From: Octopus vulgaris
Taxonomy: Eukaryota
Length of the DNA stretch: 64,000 bases
Direction: 5' to 3'
NCBI GenBank assembly: GCA_951406725.2
Contig: OX597819.1
Span: forward strand, 120,404,001-120,468,000
The notes beneath the pieces are model-generated. The model was not told the origin of the DNA, made no database searches, and worked only from the letters and a program-made list of their open reading frames with translations. A program made the translations under genes and the position numbers. Below are positions 26,982-38,382 of this stretch, in pieces (the stretch's first letter is position 1; each line of letters begins with the position of its first letter).

Positions 26982-27202
26982 TACATTACCAGTCGAAACG
27001 TTGTGTTAACAATAAACAAAATGAGGACAAATATATGGCAATTGTAAATAATGTAATAATGTAAATAATATATGTTTGTATGTATATATATATATATATA
27101 TATATTAATCAATATTAGGGTAGCAAAAAATTCAGTAGAAATTATTTTGCCACCAGCGGTCTAGTGAGAAAAAGGAAATAGTCAGAGACTATTAATAAAT
27201 TC

Positions 27203-27614
27203 AACAACAAATTGAGGAACGGCCATAATAGGCCGTTCGACTCACTAGAAAAAGCAGCCAAGGCTTCAACCGCAAATAGTAGTAATTCCGTAAACAGAGG
27301 AAAATTAAAAAACATTTACCCTGTTCATCTTTAGACAATGCATTGTTTCAGCGTTTTTTAATGGTAAACCAGCCTGATTAAATTAAATCAATTGATGAAT
27401 TGCGTTGGCCTTTGGAAGATTGACTTGATTTAATTTAATCAGGCTGGTTTACCATTAAAAAACTCTGAAACAATGCATTGTCTAAAGATGAACAGGGTAA
27501 ATGTTTTTTTAATTTTCCTCTGTTTACGGAATTACTACTATTTGTGGTTGAAGCCCTGGCTACTTTTTCTAGTGAGTCGAACGGCCTATTATGGCCGTTC
27601 CTCAATTTGTTGTT
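27203..27614. repeat. Long inverted repeat (~189-bp arms, 33-nt spacer)
   Basis: 27203-27391 is the reverse complement of 27425-27614 with only ~5 differences. Confidence 0.97.
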
Positions 27615-27858
27615 TTATATATATATATAATAGAAATATTAAAATTACTAAGTCTCTCTAAAAGAGAACAGCGGCAGCGTTCCCGGAAAATAATAGTTAT
27701 CGCCATACTAATATGACATTCTTATAAAAATAAGAAAAAAGCTGTCCGCTTATTAGCTCCATGAGGCCATCGCCTTAAGTTAGCTATTTGATACACAAAC
27801 TGTATCCATATAACCTTCGAACAAGGGAGGTCAGTCGCTCCACACTACTTGACCGGCA

Positions 27859-27900
27859 GCTACAGACGCGTTTCGGGGTATTGCCCCTTTTCAATGCAGC
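27859..27900 (-). ncRNA. Minimal type I hammerhead ribozyme, U3-A8 core variant
   Basis: GCTGCA-TTGAAAA-GGGG caata CCCC-GAAA-CGCG-TC|TGTAGC on the minus strand. Confidence 0.75.
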
Positions 27901-28191
27901 GTAGCCAGCCAGTAGGTGTCGCTTCCGACAATCTCTGTTCGATGGTTTTATTTACCTAGTTTCGGTGGAATACATCCACTTGTTTTCAATAATAGAAATA
28001 TTAAAATTACTAAGTCTCTCTAAAAGAGAACAGCGGCAGCGTTCCCGGAAAATAATAGTTATCGCCATACTAATATGGCATTCTTATAAAAATAAGAAAA
28101 AAGCTGTCCGCTTATTAGCTCCATGAGGCCATCGCCTTAAGTTAGCTATTTGATACACAAACTGTATCCATATAACCTACTGGCTGGCTAC

Positions 28192-28233
28192 GCTGCATTG
28201 AAAAGGGGCAATACCCCGAAACGCGTCTGTAGC
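28192..28233 (+). ncRNA. Minimal type I hammerhead ribozyme, U3-A8 core variant (inverted copy)
   Basis: gctgca ttgaaaa gggg caata cccc gaaa cgcg tc tgtagc; stem I 6 bp (one G-U), stem II 4 GC bp, palindromic ACGCGT stem III, GUC site. Confidence 0.75.
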
Positions 28234-28391
28234 TGCCGGTCAAGTAGTGTGGAGCGACTGACCTCCCTTGTTCGAAGGTTATTTGGATACAGTTTGTGTA
28301 TCAAATAGCTAACTTAAGGCGATGGCCTCATGGAGCTAATAAGCGGACAGCTTTTTTCTTATTTTTATAAGAATGCCATATTAGTATGGCG

Positions 28392-28445
<54 letters not shown>

Positions 28446-28475
28446 CATATATATACATACATATATATACAATAT

Positions 28476-28551
<76 letters not shown>

Positions 28552-28554
28552 ACA

Positions 28555-28735
28555 TTCTTTTTTACTTGTTTCAGTCATTTGACTGTGGCCATGCTGATGC
28601 ATCGCCTTTAGACGAGGAAATCAACTCCAGTAAGATTAGGACTTATTCAATCGGTCTCTTTTGCTGAGCCGCTAAATTACGGGGACGTAAACACACAAAC
28701 ATCAGTTGTTAAGCTATTGTGGGGGAACAAACATA
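28555..28735 (-). mobile_element. SINE family B 3' half
   Basis: Matches the 3' half of 46535-46925. Confidence 0.8.
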
Positions 28736-28779
28736 CACACAAATACATACATACATACATACATACATACATACATACA

Positions 28780-28811
<32 letters not shown>

Positions 28812-29041
28812 CAACGACTTCGAACCCACAAGAGTAAACAAGAGAGACAGAGAAAGAAACAAGGAAAATGCCACTTGTATTTGAAAGTTATGCAAATATT
28901 CTTTAAGAAAAACTTTTCATTTAATTTTTCCAAAATATAAGTGTTTTCCATACTCACAGTTGAAAAAGTCTCAATGACCGGAACCAGCATTAAAATGTCT
29001 TTTATTAAATTATTTTAACATTTTCTACCTTGACCTTTTTT

Positions 29042-29115
<74 letters not shown>

Positions 29116-29214
29116 CATGGTCTTCTTTCTGTTTCTCTCTACAAGATCCACTCACCATGCTTTTGTTGGCCCGAAGTTACAGAGTAGAATATAAATGTAT
29201 ATATATATATATAT

Positions 29215-29257
<43 letters not shown>

Positions 29258-29575
29258 TATACATATATATATAACATATGAATTAGAGAGAAAACCACTA
29301 TTATGTAACTCAAACAGCGATAGACATAAACCAATACATAAATAACAAATAATATATATAAATATAATTTTTTTATATAATATATCTTATAACTAGATCT
29401 CTAAAAGTATAAAATGAATGATAAATATATAATATAATAAATATATAACCTAATATTATTATTATGTATATATATGTGTGTGTATATATATATACATATA
29501 TATATGTGTGTGTATGTGTCGATAGATATGTATATATATGTATGTAATTTATTTTTACAAGAATGGCATTGAGCG

Positions 29576-29650
29576 TGACTTCGAAGTTTCGGGCAGATCA
29601 GCCATCATTAGCTTGATGATTGCTTAACTGACCGACACTTCGAAGTCACT
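29576..29650. mobile_element. Mini MITE with GTGACTTCGAAGT TIRs
   Basis: gtgacttcgaagt...acttcgaagtcac; same TIRs as 2853-2929. Confidence 0.5.
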
Positions 29651-29959
29651 ATCTATACTATTTTCGTTAAAGAATAACAAATTTGTTCACCACCTACCGT
29701 TTAATATAAGCTTGTTTTATTGTAGCCTAAAACCATACGTTAACATAAATCTGTCTATGAGATTCACATACAAGGTATTAATGGGCCCAGGGCCTGAGTG
29801 GTGGACGATTGCCCAATGTGTTGTACAAGGGGACTAACCCTTGTCGTGGCAAAACAATTTTCAAGTTTCTTAACCGCACAGCCATAGCAGTTTTTTGAAG
29901 GGTTTGCTCTCTGCAGATTCTTCCTTTCGTGATTACAGCAACATTCCGAATATTACACT

Positions 29960-30490
29960 AATACGCAACTGGTACTTAATTTATCGACCCCGAAAGGATG
30001 AAAGGCAAAGATGACCTCGGCGGAATTTGAACTCAGGACGTAAAGACAGACGAAATACCTATTTCTTTACTACTCACAAGGGGCTAAACATAGAGGGGAC
30101 AGACAAGGACAGACAAGCGGATTAAGTTGAATACATCTGCCCCAGTGCGTAACTGGTACTTAATTTATCGACCTCGAAAGGATGAAAGGCAAAGTCGACC
30201 TCGGCGGAATTTGAACTCAGAACGTAAAGACAGACAAAATACCTATTTGTTTACTACCCACAACGGGCTAAACACAGAGGGGACAGACAAGGACAGACAA
30301 ACGGATTAAGTCGAATACATCTACCCCAGTGCGTAACTGGTACTTAATTTATCGACCCCGAAAGGATGAAAGGTAAAGTCGACCTCGGCGGAATTTGAAC
30401 TCAGGACGTAAAGACAGATGAAATACCTATTTCTTTACTACCCACAAGGGGCTAAACACGGAGAGGACAAACAAGGACAGACAAACGGTC
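29960..30490 (-). mobile_element. Tandem array (~3 units, 184-bp period) of SINE family A
   Basis: CGAAAGGATG block recurs at ~29991, 30175 and 30359. Confidence 0.92.
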
Positions 30491-30492
30491 CA

Positions 30493-30690
30493 AAAGGCGG
30501 CGAGTTGGCGTAATCATTAGGACGCCGGACAAAATTCTAACCGGCATTTCGTTCAACTTTATGTTCTGCCTTTCATCCTTTCGGCGTCGATGAAATAAGT
30601 ACCAGTTACGCACTGGGTGCTTTGTATATTCTGATAATTGACTCATCCCTTGCCCCCCAAATTGCGAACCTAGTGCCAAAATTTGAAACC
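30493..30690 (+). mobile_element. SINE family A copy
   Basis: GGCGGCGAGTTGGCGTAATCATTAGGACGCC head...GCCTTTCATCCTTTCGG...AGTACCAGTTACGCACTG. Confidence 0.8.
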
Positions 30691-31469
30691 ATTCTTACTT
30701 AGCTCCAAGACATCACTGATCTAGTAGGAATTCTATAAAATTGTCGAAGGGTGAGGTGCAAGATAGATTCAACTTATATTTCTAGCATTTTGATCGACCA
30801 TGTAGGGTCTCCTTTGCCGAGAAATAATTCTCACTAAAAAGGTTATGAATGTCTCTAAGTGCAATAAATACTCCAGAGAATTAAAACCCGGCGATTTGTT
30901 AATTTATTCCTATCATTATCAGCTAAGCACATTGTAGTGAAATGAACCGTCATCTCATTTATCAGAAAGTACAAATCCTCTCAGGGACCTCTTTAAATCC
31001 TTCGTTATTCCAACTTATATCTGTGTCTTTTTTACGATACAATCTCCAACTCAGAGGAATCTACAGACATTCTGATATCGGTTTCTATTGTCTCTTGGGA
31101 CGGATTCGGTTATTTATATTTTATCTTTCACTTGTTTAAATTATTGGACTACCGCCATGCTGGAGCAATGCATTGGAGCAATGCCTTGGAGCGTTTAATC
31201 GAACAAACCGACCCCAAAAGTTAAGTTTTTTTTAAATGTCTGGTATTTCTTTCGCTAGGTTTGTGGGACGTAATCAAATCAACAACGGTTGTTAGGCTGT
31301 AGGGGAAACAATCACAAACAGAATGACACTCCACCAGACATACACACACACAAACACATACATATATCTCATGGGATTCCATACAGTTTCCACCTATAAA
31401 ATTCACTCACAAGGCATTGTTTGGTCTGTAAAATGTAGTAGAAAAATCTTGCCCAAGGGGTCACACAAC

Positions 31470-31985
31470 GGGGCGGAATTTGTACTCAGAACGTAAACAC
31501 AGACGAAATACATATTTCTTTACTACCCACTAGGGTCGAAACACAGAGAGGACAAACAAGGACAGACAAACGGATTAGGTCGATTACATCCACCCCAATG
31601 CGTCACTGGTACTTATTTAATCGACCCCCGAAAGGCTGAAAGGCAAAGTCGACCTCGGCGGAATCTGAACACAGAACGTAGCGGCAGACGAAATATCTAT
31701 TTCTTTACTACCTACAAGGGGCTAAACACAGAGAGGACAAATAAGGACAGACAAACGGATTAAGTCGACTATATCGACCCCAGTGCGTAACTGGTACTTA
31801 TTTAATCGACCCCGAAAGGATGAAAGGCAAAGTCGACCTTAGCGGAATTTGAACTCAGAACGTAACGGCAGACGAAATACCGCTAAGCATTTCGCCCAAC
31901 GTGCTAACGATTCTGCCAGTTCACCGCCTTTAATATTCTTTTCTACTCTTGGCACAAAGCCCGAGAATTCTGGAGAGGGGACCAG
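31470..31985 (-). mobile_element. Tandem array of SINE family A including a complete tRNA-like head
   Basis: Two repeated units, then GAAATACCGCTAAGCATTTCGCCCAACGTGCTAACGATTCTGCCAGTTCACCGCC. Confidence 0.9.
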
Positions 31986-33530
31986 CCTTTGATTTTTAGA
32001 AGGAAATAGTCTTGATATGTTGTTGTAATCGCTTTTCACCCCGCTTGTCGAGTCTTGTTCCCACAGGGAACAGACTTATGAACAAAGCCATTACAATCAG
32101 AAACAACAAACGTGTATTTTTACAAGTCACGTTAGCCATGCAACTTTTCAGTTCTTGAAATAGATTTGCTGTGACTTGCGGTAGAATTTGCTTATATATG
32201 TAGTACGTGGTGTGATCACGTAGCGTCTCCTTGGTTGACTTGGGACCTACTCCACCCAGTTTTACTGTTGGATATTTTATCTAAAACGATAAGAACGTTT
32301 GTTGTGGACAGAATTTTAATTTAGAACGATTAATAGTTAATTGGATTAACCTTTTGGTTGTCCTCTGTATTTCTGTATCACATATGATACCCAGAATATA
32401 TTTCACTGGCGTCCTTGTATCATATACGATACACATTCGCCACTTACGAAAGCAAAGCTTTATTTCATTTCTCGGAACGAATGAAACAGAGGCTTGCTAA
32501 AAAGTTTAAAAACAAATTTGGCCGTTTGGGACAAATTTATGAAAATGTTTTGGACAAGCAAATGGTTAAAGTGTTCAGTTGGTTAAGGAGAGCCTGGACA
32601 GAAAATAGCATCTAAGATTAAAATTGGTTATTTTGTTCTGCGTTGTTTCTTTATATCAAATACAACGAAAGAAATTTCCTACATCTTGCCTCGAGCGAAC
32701 CCATAGCAATATCATATCTTCTCCTCTATTTCAGTATTACGTGTTAAAAGTGAAACAAAAACGTTTCTCTATTTTATGTCAGATACTTTCACTTTAACAA
32801 TAAAAATAATAATAACAATTGAATTATATGTAGTAATTAATAATTAAAATCAAACTAAAGTATAATATAATCGTAACATAACAAAAGTAAAAATAGCAAT
32901 TGGTATAAAATTGCATCAATGACTTGAACTTGAATAAGTGGTTTCACATGAATGGGAATAAGTTAAAAATAAAATTAGCGTGCAGAAATGGAATAGTCCA
33001 GATGGATAATAAAAAATTAAATTAAAGAAAAGACCATTGTCTCTAAAGTATACAATGTAGAGAAAAAAGAAGATTTGAACACATGGAGGAAAGCACCTTC
33101 GAAAAGTGTCTTGGTGCGACTATGAAAGGTATCTAATCAGAGGCCGTAAAATCACCACAATAGAAGCAAGGTTCGAGTCAACGGAGCGTGCAAGGGAGTA
33201 CTCGACTCGAACTTGCAAAGTGGAAATATTTTGATTTTACCTTTATATCTGGGACGTAGGACGTCCCGGAAAAAAATTTTTAATGCCCCCCCTCCCCGAA
33301 GTAGAGGTAGGCTGGATTGTAGCCACACTTCTATACAAGAGGGAGGACAAGATACAATTGATCGAAATTACAAGAGACGGGCTAACAATTCCAGTCTGTT
33401 ATATATTTTGAGTATTGTTATCACTAGCGATATCAAGATATAACTTTGTATTTTGCATTTTATGTGTAGATGTATATATATAGATGTACATGTAATATGT
33501 ACACATATATATATACACATATATACATGC

Positions 33531-33572
33531 ACTAGCACTATGACCCGGCAACGACGGGTCTTTAATGCTAGT
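33531..33572. mobile_element. Helitron-like terminal palindrome ending in CTAGT
   Basis: ACTAGCACTATGACCCGGCAACGACGGGTCTTTAATGCTAGT; the upstream 33200-33530 may be the element body. Confidence 0.5.
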
Positions 33573-33660
33573 ATATATATATATATGTATAAATAAGTAA
33601 AATAAATATATATATGTGTGTATATATATATATATTTATTTATTTATTTTATATATATAA

Positions 33661-33702
<42 letters not shown>

Positions 33703-34194
33703 GTGTCTGTGTATGTATGTCTTTCTGTCTGCGTTTGTTCCTCACTACCGCTCGAAAACCGGTGTTGGTAAGTTTATGTCTCCCCCGTAACTTAGCGGTT
33801 CGGCTAAAGGGACCCATACAATAAATATCAGCCTTTTAAAATTATGTCCTGGGGGCGATTTGTTCAACGAAAAGCCTTTCTATGTGTTGCTCCAACACGG
33901 CTGCATAAAAATAACTGTAACAAGTAAAAGAAAAAAGGACACACATCCATTCATTCGCCCCCATCAAATGAAGAGTTGTGCTCAAGAACAAAACGTACCG
34001 CCCAACTCGGGAATCGAAACCACGGTCTTGAGATCGAGGGTGTCATATTATATCCTAACCACTTGGCCATGCACCTTCTTCATCTTAATAGGTGGAGAGC
34101 TGAACCATCCTGGGGTACAGTGGTTAGAGAATCCGGCTCGCAATCTAGACTAGGTCTGAGAGTTTACCACACCATAGTGGGTTACACTATGGTT

Positions 34195-34400
34195 CCTCTG
34201 CTTTGTGGCAGAAGTAGGAAGAAAGAGTGAGAGAAAGTTGTGGTGAAAGAGTACAGCGGGCTTCACCCCACCCCCGCTGGAGCCTCGAGCTTAGGTGTTT
34301 TTGCTCAATAAACACTCATAATGCCCGATCTTGGAATCGAAACCGCGCTCTTACGACCGCGAGTCCTCTGCCCTAACCACTGGGCCATTGCGCCTCCACT
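34195..34400 (-). mobile_element. tRNA-derived SINE family C
   Basis: Minus strand GTGGAGGCGCAATGGCCCAGTGGTTAGGGC...GGTTTCGATTCC; homologous to 40959-41285. Confidence 0.85.
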
Positions 34401-35059
34401 GTTGTTATTATTGTTATTCTTCAAACTATGATCAATATTGTGATCAAAGATATTCAAGCCGTGACCTTCACGTCATGTTTTTTTTTTAGTATAATCTTTA
34501 TTTATATTTGTATAAATTTTGCTATGAGATAAATTCTACCCTTGTATCCTTATATCTATTCAGTCAAGTCACGATCATCTCTTTTACGAAGAAGCGTAGA
34601 AGCCACGACCCCAGTGCGTAACTGGTACTTATTTAATCGACCCCGAAAGAATGAAAGGCAAAGTCGACCTCGGCGGAATTTGAACTCAGAACGTAATGGC
34701 AGACGAAATATGGCTACGCATTTCGCCCGGCGTGCTAATGTTTCTGCCGCTCGCCGCCTTTAATATTCTTTTCTACTTTAGGCACAAAGCCCGAAAATTT
34801 TAGAAAGGGGACCAGCTTTCGACTTTTAGAAGGAAATAGTATTGATATGTTGTTGTTATTGTTTTTCACCCCGTCTTTCATTCTTCAATACACCCTTTTT
34901 GCTTATAAAGATGCCAAGCCAATTGTGCTATACGTGGTAGAAACAGCACGATGGAAAATATGCAAGAATCCTATGAGATGTGAATCTTTCACAAGATTGT
35001 GCAAAATAAGATGCTAAGACAAGATAACATATGTTGTAGTGCTAGAAAAGCTGACAAGC

Positions 35060-35285
35060 TAAGGACACCAATTGTCGAGAATGAAGTCCACAGACTATAA
35101 TATTTTGAACATAAAATGTGCCACCAGTCATTGCCCAACACCGTTCTGACAGGAAATGTGGAAGGGAAGAGAGTAAGAGGGCGTGGAAGATGGTTTTGAA
35201 CTGACATCAAAGAGTAGACTAGGAACAAGAGTCTAGTTGACTGGATGCTTGCACAAATACACAGAGAACTGGAGGCTTGACAGAC
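35060..35285 (+). mobile_element. Degenerate RTE-clade LINE 3' fragment
   Basis: RL*YFEH..HQSLPNTVLTGNVEGKRVRGRGR..TDIKE, with stops. Confidence 0.7.
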
Positions 35286-36539
35286 CGAACCCTGGGAACA
35301 AAGAAGGTACTTGGCCGACGGTGGTGTCCTTTTAATTTTTAAAGACAGAAGGATGTAAATTTGACTGCTACATCTAACCAGTCGAGCTACCACCGTAGTC
35401 ATCTCAAAATCAACTTGTACACCATGTTTAACCTAACAGCGCTTAAGGTTACACGCTGGTACAATTCATATATTATTAGTCCCAGTTTGAAATAATCACT
35501 ACAATAAAGTTTATTTTTCAGTTGAAAAGAGTTGACAAACTAGGTACCAGTAATATAATCTAGTCTGTACAATCTCCGAAAGCACATGGTTGACAAAATG
35601 TGCAAGAGATCTTGCCAAACGAAATCAGTGTAAGCAATCTTAGCATTAAGTCTGGCACTAAATGTTTTTTGTTGCATCTTATACTTATTTTCTCGTAAAC
35701 TTTATATATATGAGGTTTCATTTTGTAGTTTTATGAGTTTATCTTTGAAACTGGTTACATTACGATAAAACGATTTCGTTCTTAGAGAGCGAAGTCTGCA
35801 ACATGTGGTTTGCTGCCGTCAGTATCTAGAAGGATAGTTTTTCGCTTAGGTTTCACTTAAATACGCAACTAAAAATAGAAAATATATGAAAATTCCTCTT
35901 CTGTTCACATATGTTGCCGGTGTTGGATAAATAGGTTTTTTTTTAAGCTTTCCCACCATTTTCCCCAATTTAATTGCCTTATCGGCAGATCTCACACATT
36001 TTACTGTTAATTCTAAGTGTCGCGCGGTCGTTCTTCTTATTATTTTAGTAATCTTATTTCTATCATTGGTTTTACACTGTTTTGCAAAGCGCAGCAGATC
36101 TTTGCTCCTTAGGTACGTACAATAACACGCCTATGCCTCGTATATATTTTCTATTGCCAATCTATTGAATATTTTCTACTTAGTACGCGTGCGATGCAGT
36201 TTGGCGACCTGGCATGCATTATAGCACGCCGGGCAAAATACTTTCCGGCATGTCATCCATCTTTACGTTCTGAGTTCAAATTCCAACCGAGGTCGAATTT
36301 GCCATTGGACACTGGACTCGATATTCTCGACTTACCCACTTCTCCGAAATTGTTGATCGTGTGCCAAATAATATAACCAGCATGGGCGCAGTGTTTCGTT
36401 ATGTATAACGAGTGTATTTATCCGAGGACTTTGCTTATATTTGAATCTAGACTACCTCTTAATCATTCATAATTAGCATTTCATTACAGTGTTTGCGGCC
36501 CTCAGAATACGCTTAGATTTATTTCTATATAATTTATAT

Positions 36540-36915
36540 ACTCTTTTACTCTTCAGTCATGTGACTGTGGCTATGCTGGAGTACCACCTTTAGTCGAGCT
36601 AATCGACTCCAGGACTTAATCTTTATTATTTTATCGGGTCTTATCCATAACCACTAAGTCATGGGGACGTAAATACACCAGTAACGGTTGTCAAGCGATG
36701 TTGGGAGGACAAACACAGACACACAAACATACACGAACACATACATTTATATATACATATATACGACGGGCTTCTTTCAGTTTCCGTCTACCAAATCCAC
36801 TCACAAGATGTTGGTCGGTCCGAGGCTATAGTAGAAGACACTTGTCCAAGGTGCCACGCCGTGGGAATGAACTCGGAATCATGTAGTTGGTAAGCAAGCT
36901 ACTTACCACACAGCC
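36540..36915 (-). mobile_element. SINE family B (CORE-type), near full length
   Basis: Reverse complement of the 46535-46925 consensus. Confidence 0.88.
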
Positions 36916-37042
36916 AATCCTAAATAAAGTACCAGTTATGCACTGGGGTCGATGTAATCGACTTTTTGCTGTCCCTTTTCTTAATACCTATGTCTGTTCT
37001 TGTTATATTTCCCCTCTATGTTTAACCCCCTGTGGGCAATAA

Positions 37043-37092
<50 letters not shown>

Positions 37093-37740
37093 GTCTTCTT
37101 TCAGTTTCCGTCTACGAAACTCACTCACAAGGCTTTGGTGAGCCAGAATTTATAAAAAGCTCACTATTCTAGTGATTGGTAAGGAAACTTCGTATCATAC
37201 CTCCTCCAATCCTTTCAGAAAGGTCTTTCTTCTTGCTGGGACAAATACTTTGTCTCGGAGTTATTTCACTTCCTGGCTGACTTTCGCAGGAAAATCCCGT
37301 AACTTAGTAATTTTCACGCCGCCTGAATGAATGGGTTTCTTTGCCCGTCAATCTCTGGTCCTTACTGTCTCGATTTCTAGGACTCATCAGAGGAGTCTCA
37401 CAGCGAATAAGTGACAAAAGTCACAACCGTGTCCATACTATCGAAATACTTATTGCTAAAGTCTGGTACCTATCTCATCGTTTCGTTGTACCAAACCCTT
37501 AACTTGCGGGATTGTGGTGGATGTTGTTATTATTATTAAGTCGGTAAGCTGGCAGTATCGTTAGCACGCCGAGCGAAATGCTTATGAGCATTTCGACTGT
37601 ATTTAGGTTCTGAGTTCAAATCCTACCGGGGTCAACTATGCATTTCCACCTTTCAGGATCGATAAAATAGGTACCAGTTGAATGCTGAGCTCGATATAAT
37701 CGACGTTCCCCCTCCTAGAAACTGATGGCCTTATGCTAAG

Positions 37741-37797
<57 letters not shown>

Positions 37798-37799
<2 letters not shown>

Positions 37800-38216
37800 C
37801 ATTCAGTAGTTTTATTTTTATAGCGTGCTTTCACTTCACTACCGAGCGCAGCTCTGTGTGCCTTGGGTATGTGCTGTGATTTGTTGTGATGCTCTGATGG
37901 TTATTGTATGGAAAGTGTTCTGCGTAGGATGTGTGCAGTGCCTAGTAGTGCAATTTTCTGTGTTATATGTGTTTGTAAGTCCTGGTGTTTTTGTTATGTA
38001 TTTGTCTGAATATTTTTTTATCATGCCTAATGCACCTACTATGATAGGAATTGTTTCTGTTTTTAGATTCCACATTCTGGTTACCTCTATTTCCAGGTCT
38101 TTGTATTTTGAAAGTTTCTCCATTTCTTTTGGAGACACGTTGTCATCTGCCGGTATTGATACATCAATTAGAAAGCATTTTTTTTTCTTCATGATCTCTG
38201 ACAACTATATCTGGTC

Positions 38217-38220
<4 letters not shown>
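37798..38220 (-). mobile_element. R4/Dong-like non-LTR retrotransposon 3' end (restriction-like endonuclease) in (AAT)n
   Basis: NRPDIVVRD..KCFLIDVSIP.D.N...KE.EKLSKYKDLEIEV.RMW..KT..IPIIVGALG (PD..D motif of RLE), frameshifted; (ATT)n on both sides. Confidence 0.9.
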
Positions 38221-38283
<63 letters not shown>

Positions 38284-38307
38284 GTTGTTGTTGTTGTTGT
38301 TGTTGTT

Positions 38308-38338
<31 letters not shown>

Positions 38339-38341
38339 TTC

Positions 38342-38382
<41 letters not shown>

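Larger units (their letters stand above)
27627..28395. mobile_element. 362-bp non-coding unit in partial tandem plus inverted copy (PLE pseudo-LTR or retrozyme-like)
   Basis: 27627-27988 followed by direct repeat 27989-28178, then 28175-28395 = reverse complement of 27697-27917; flanked by (TA)n; carries hammerhead motifs. Confidence 0.85.
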
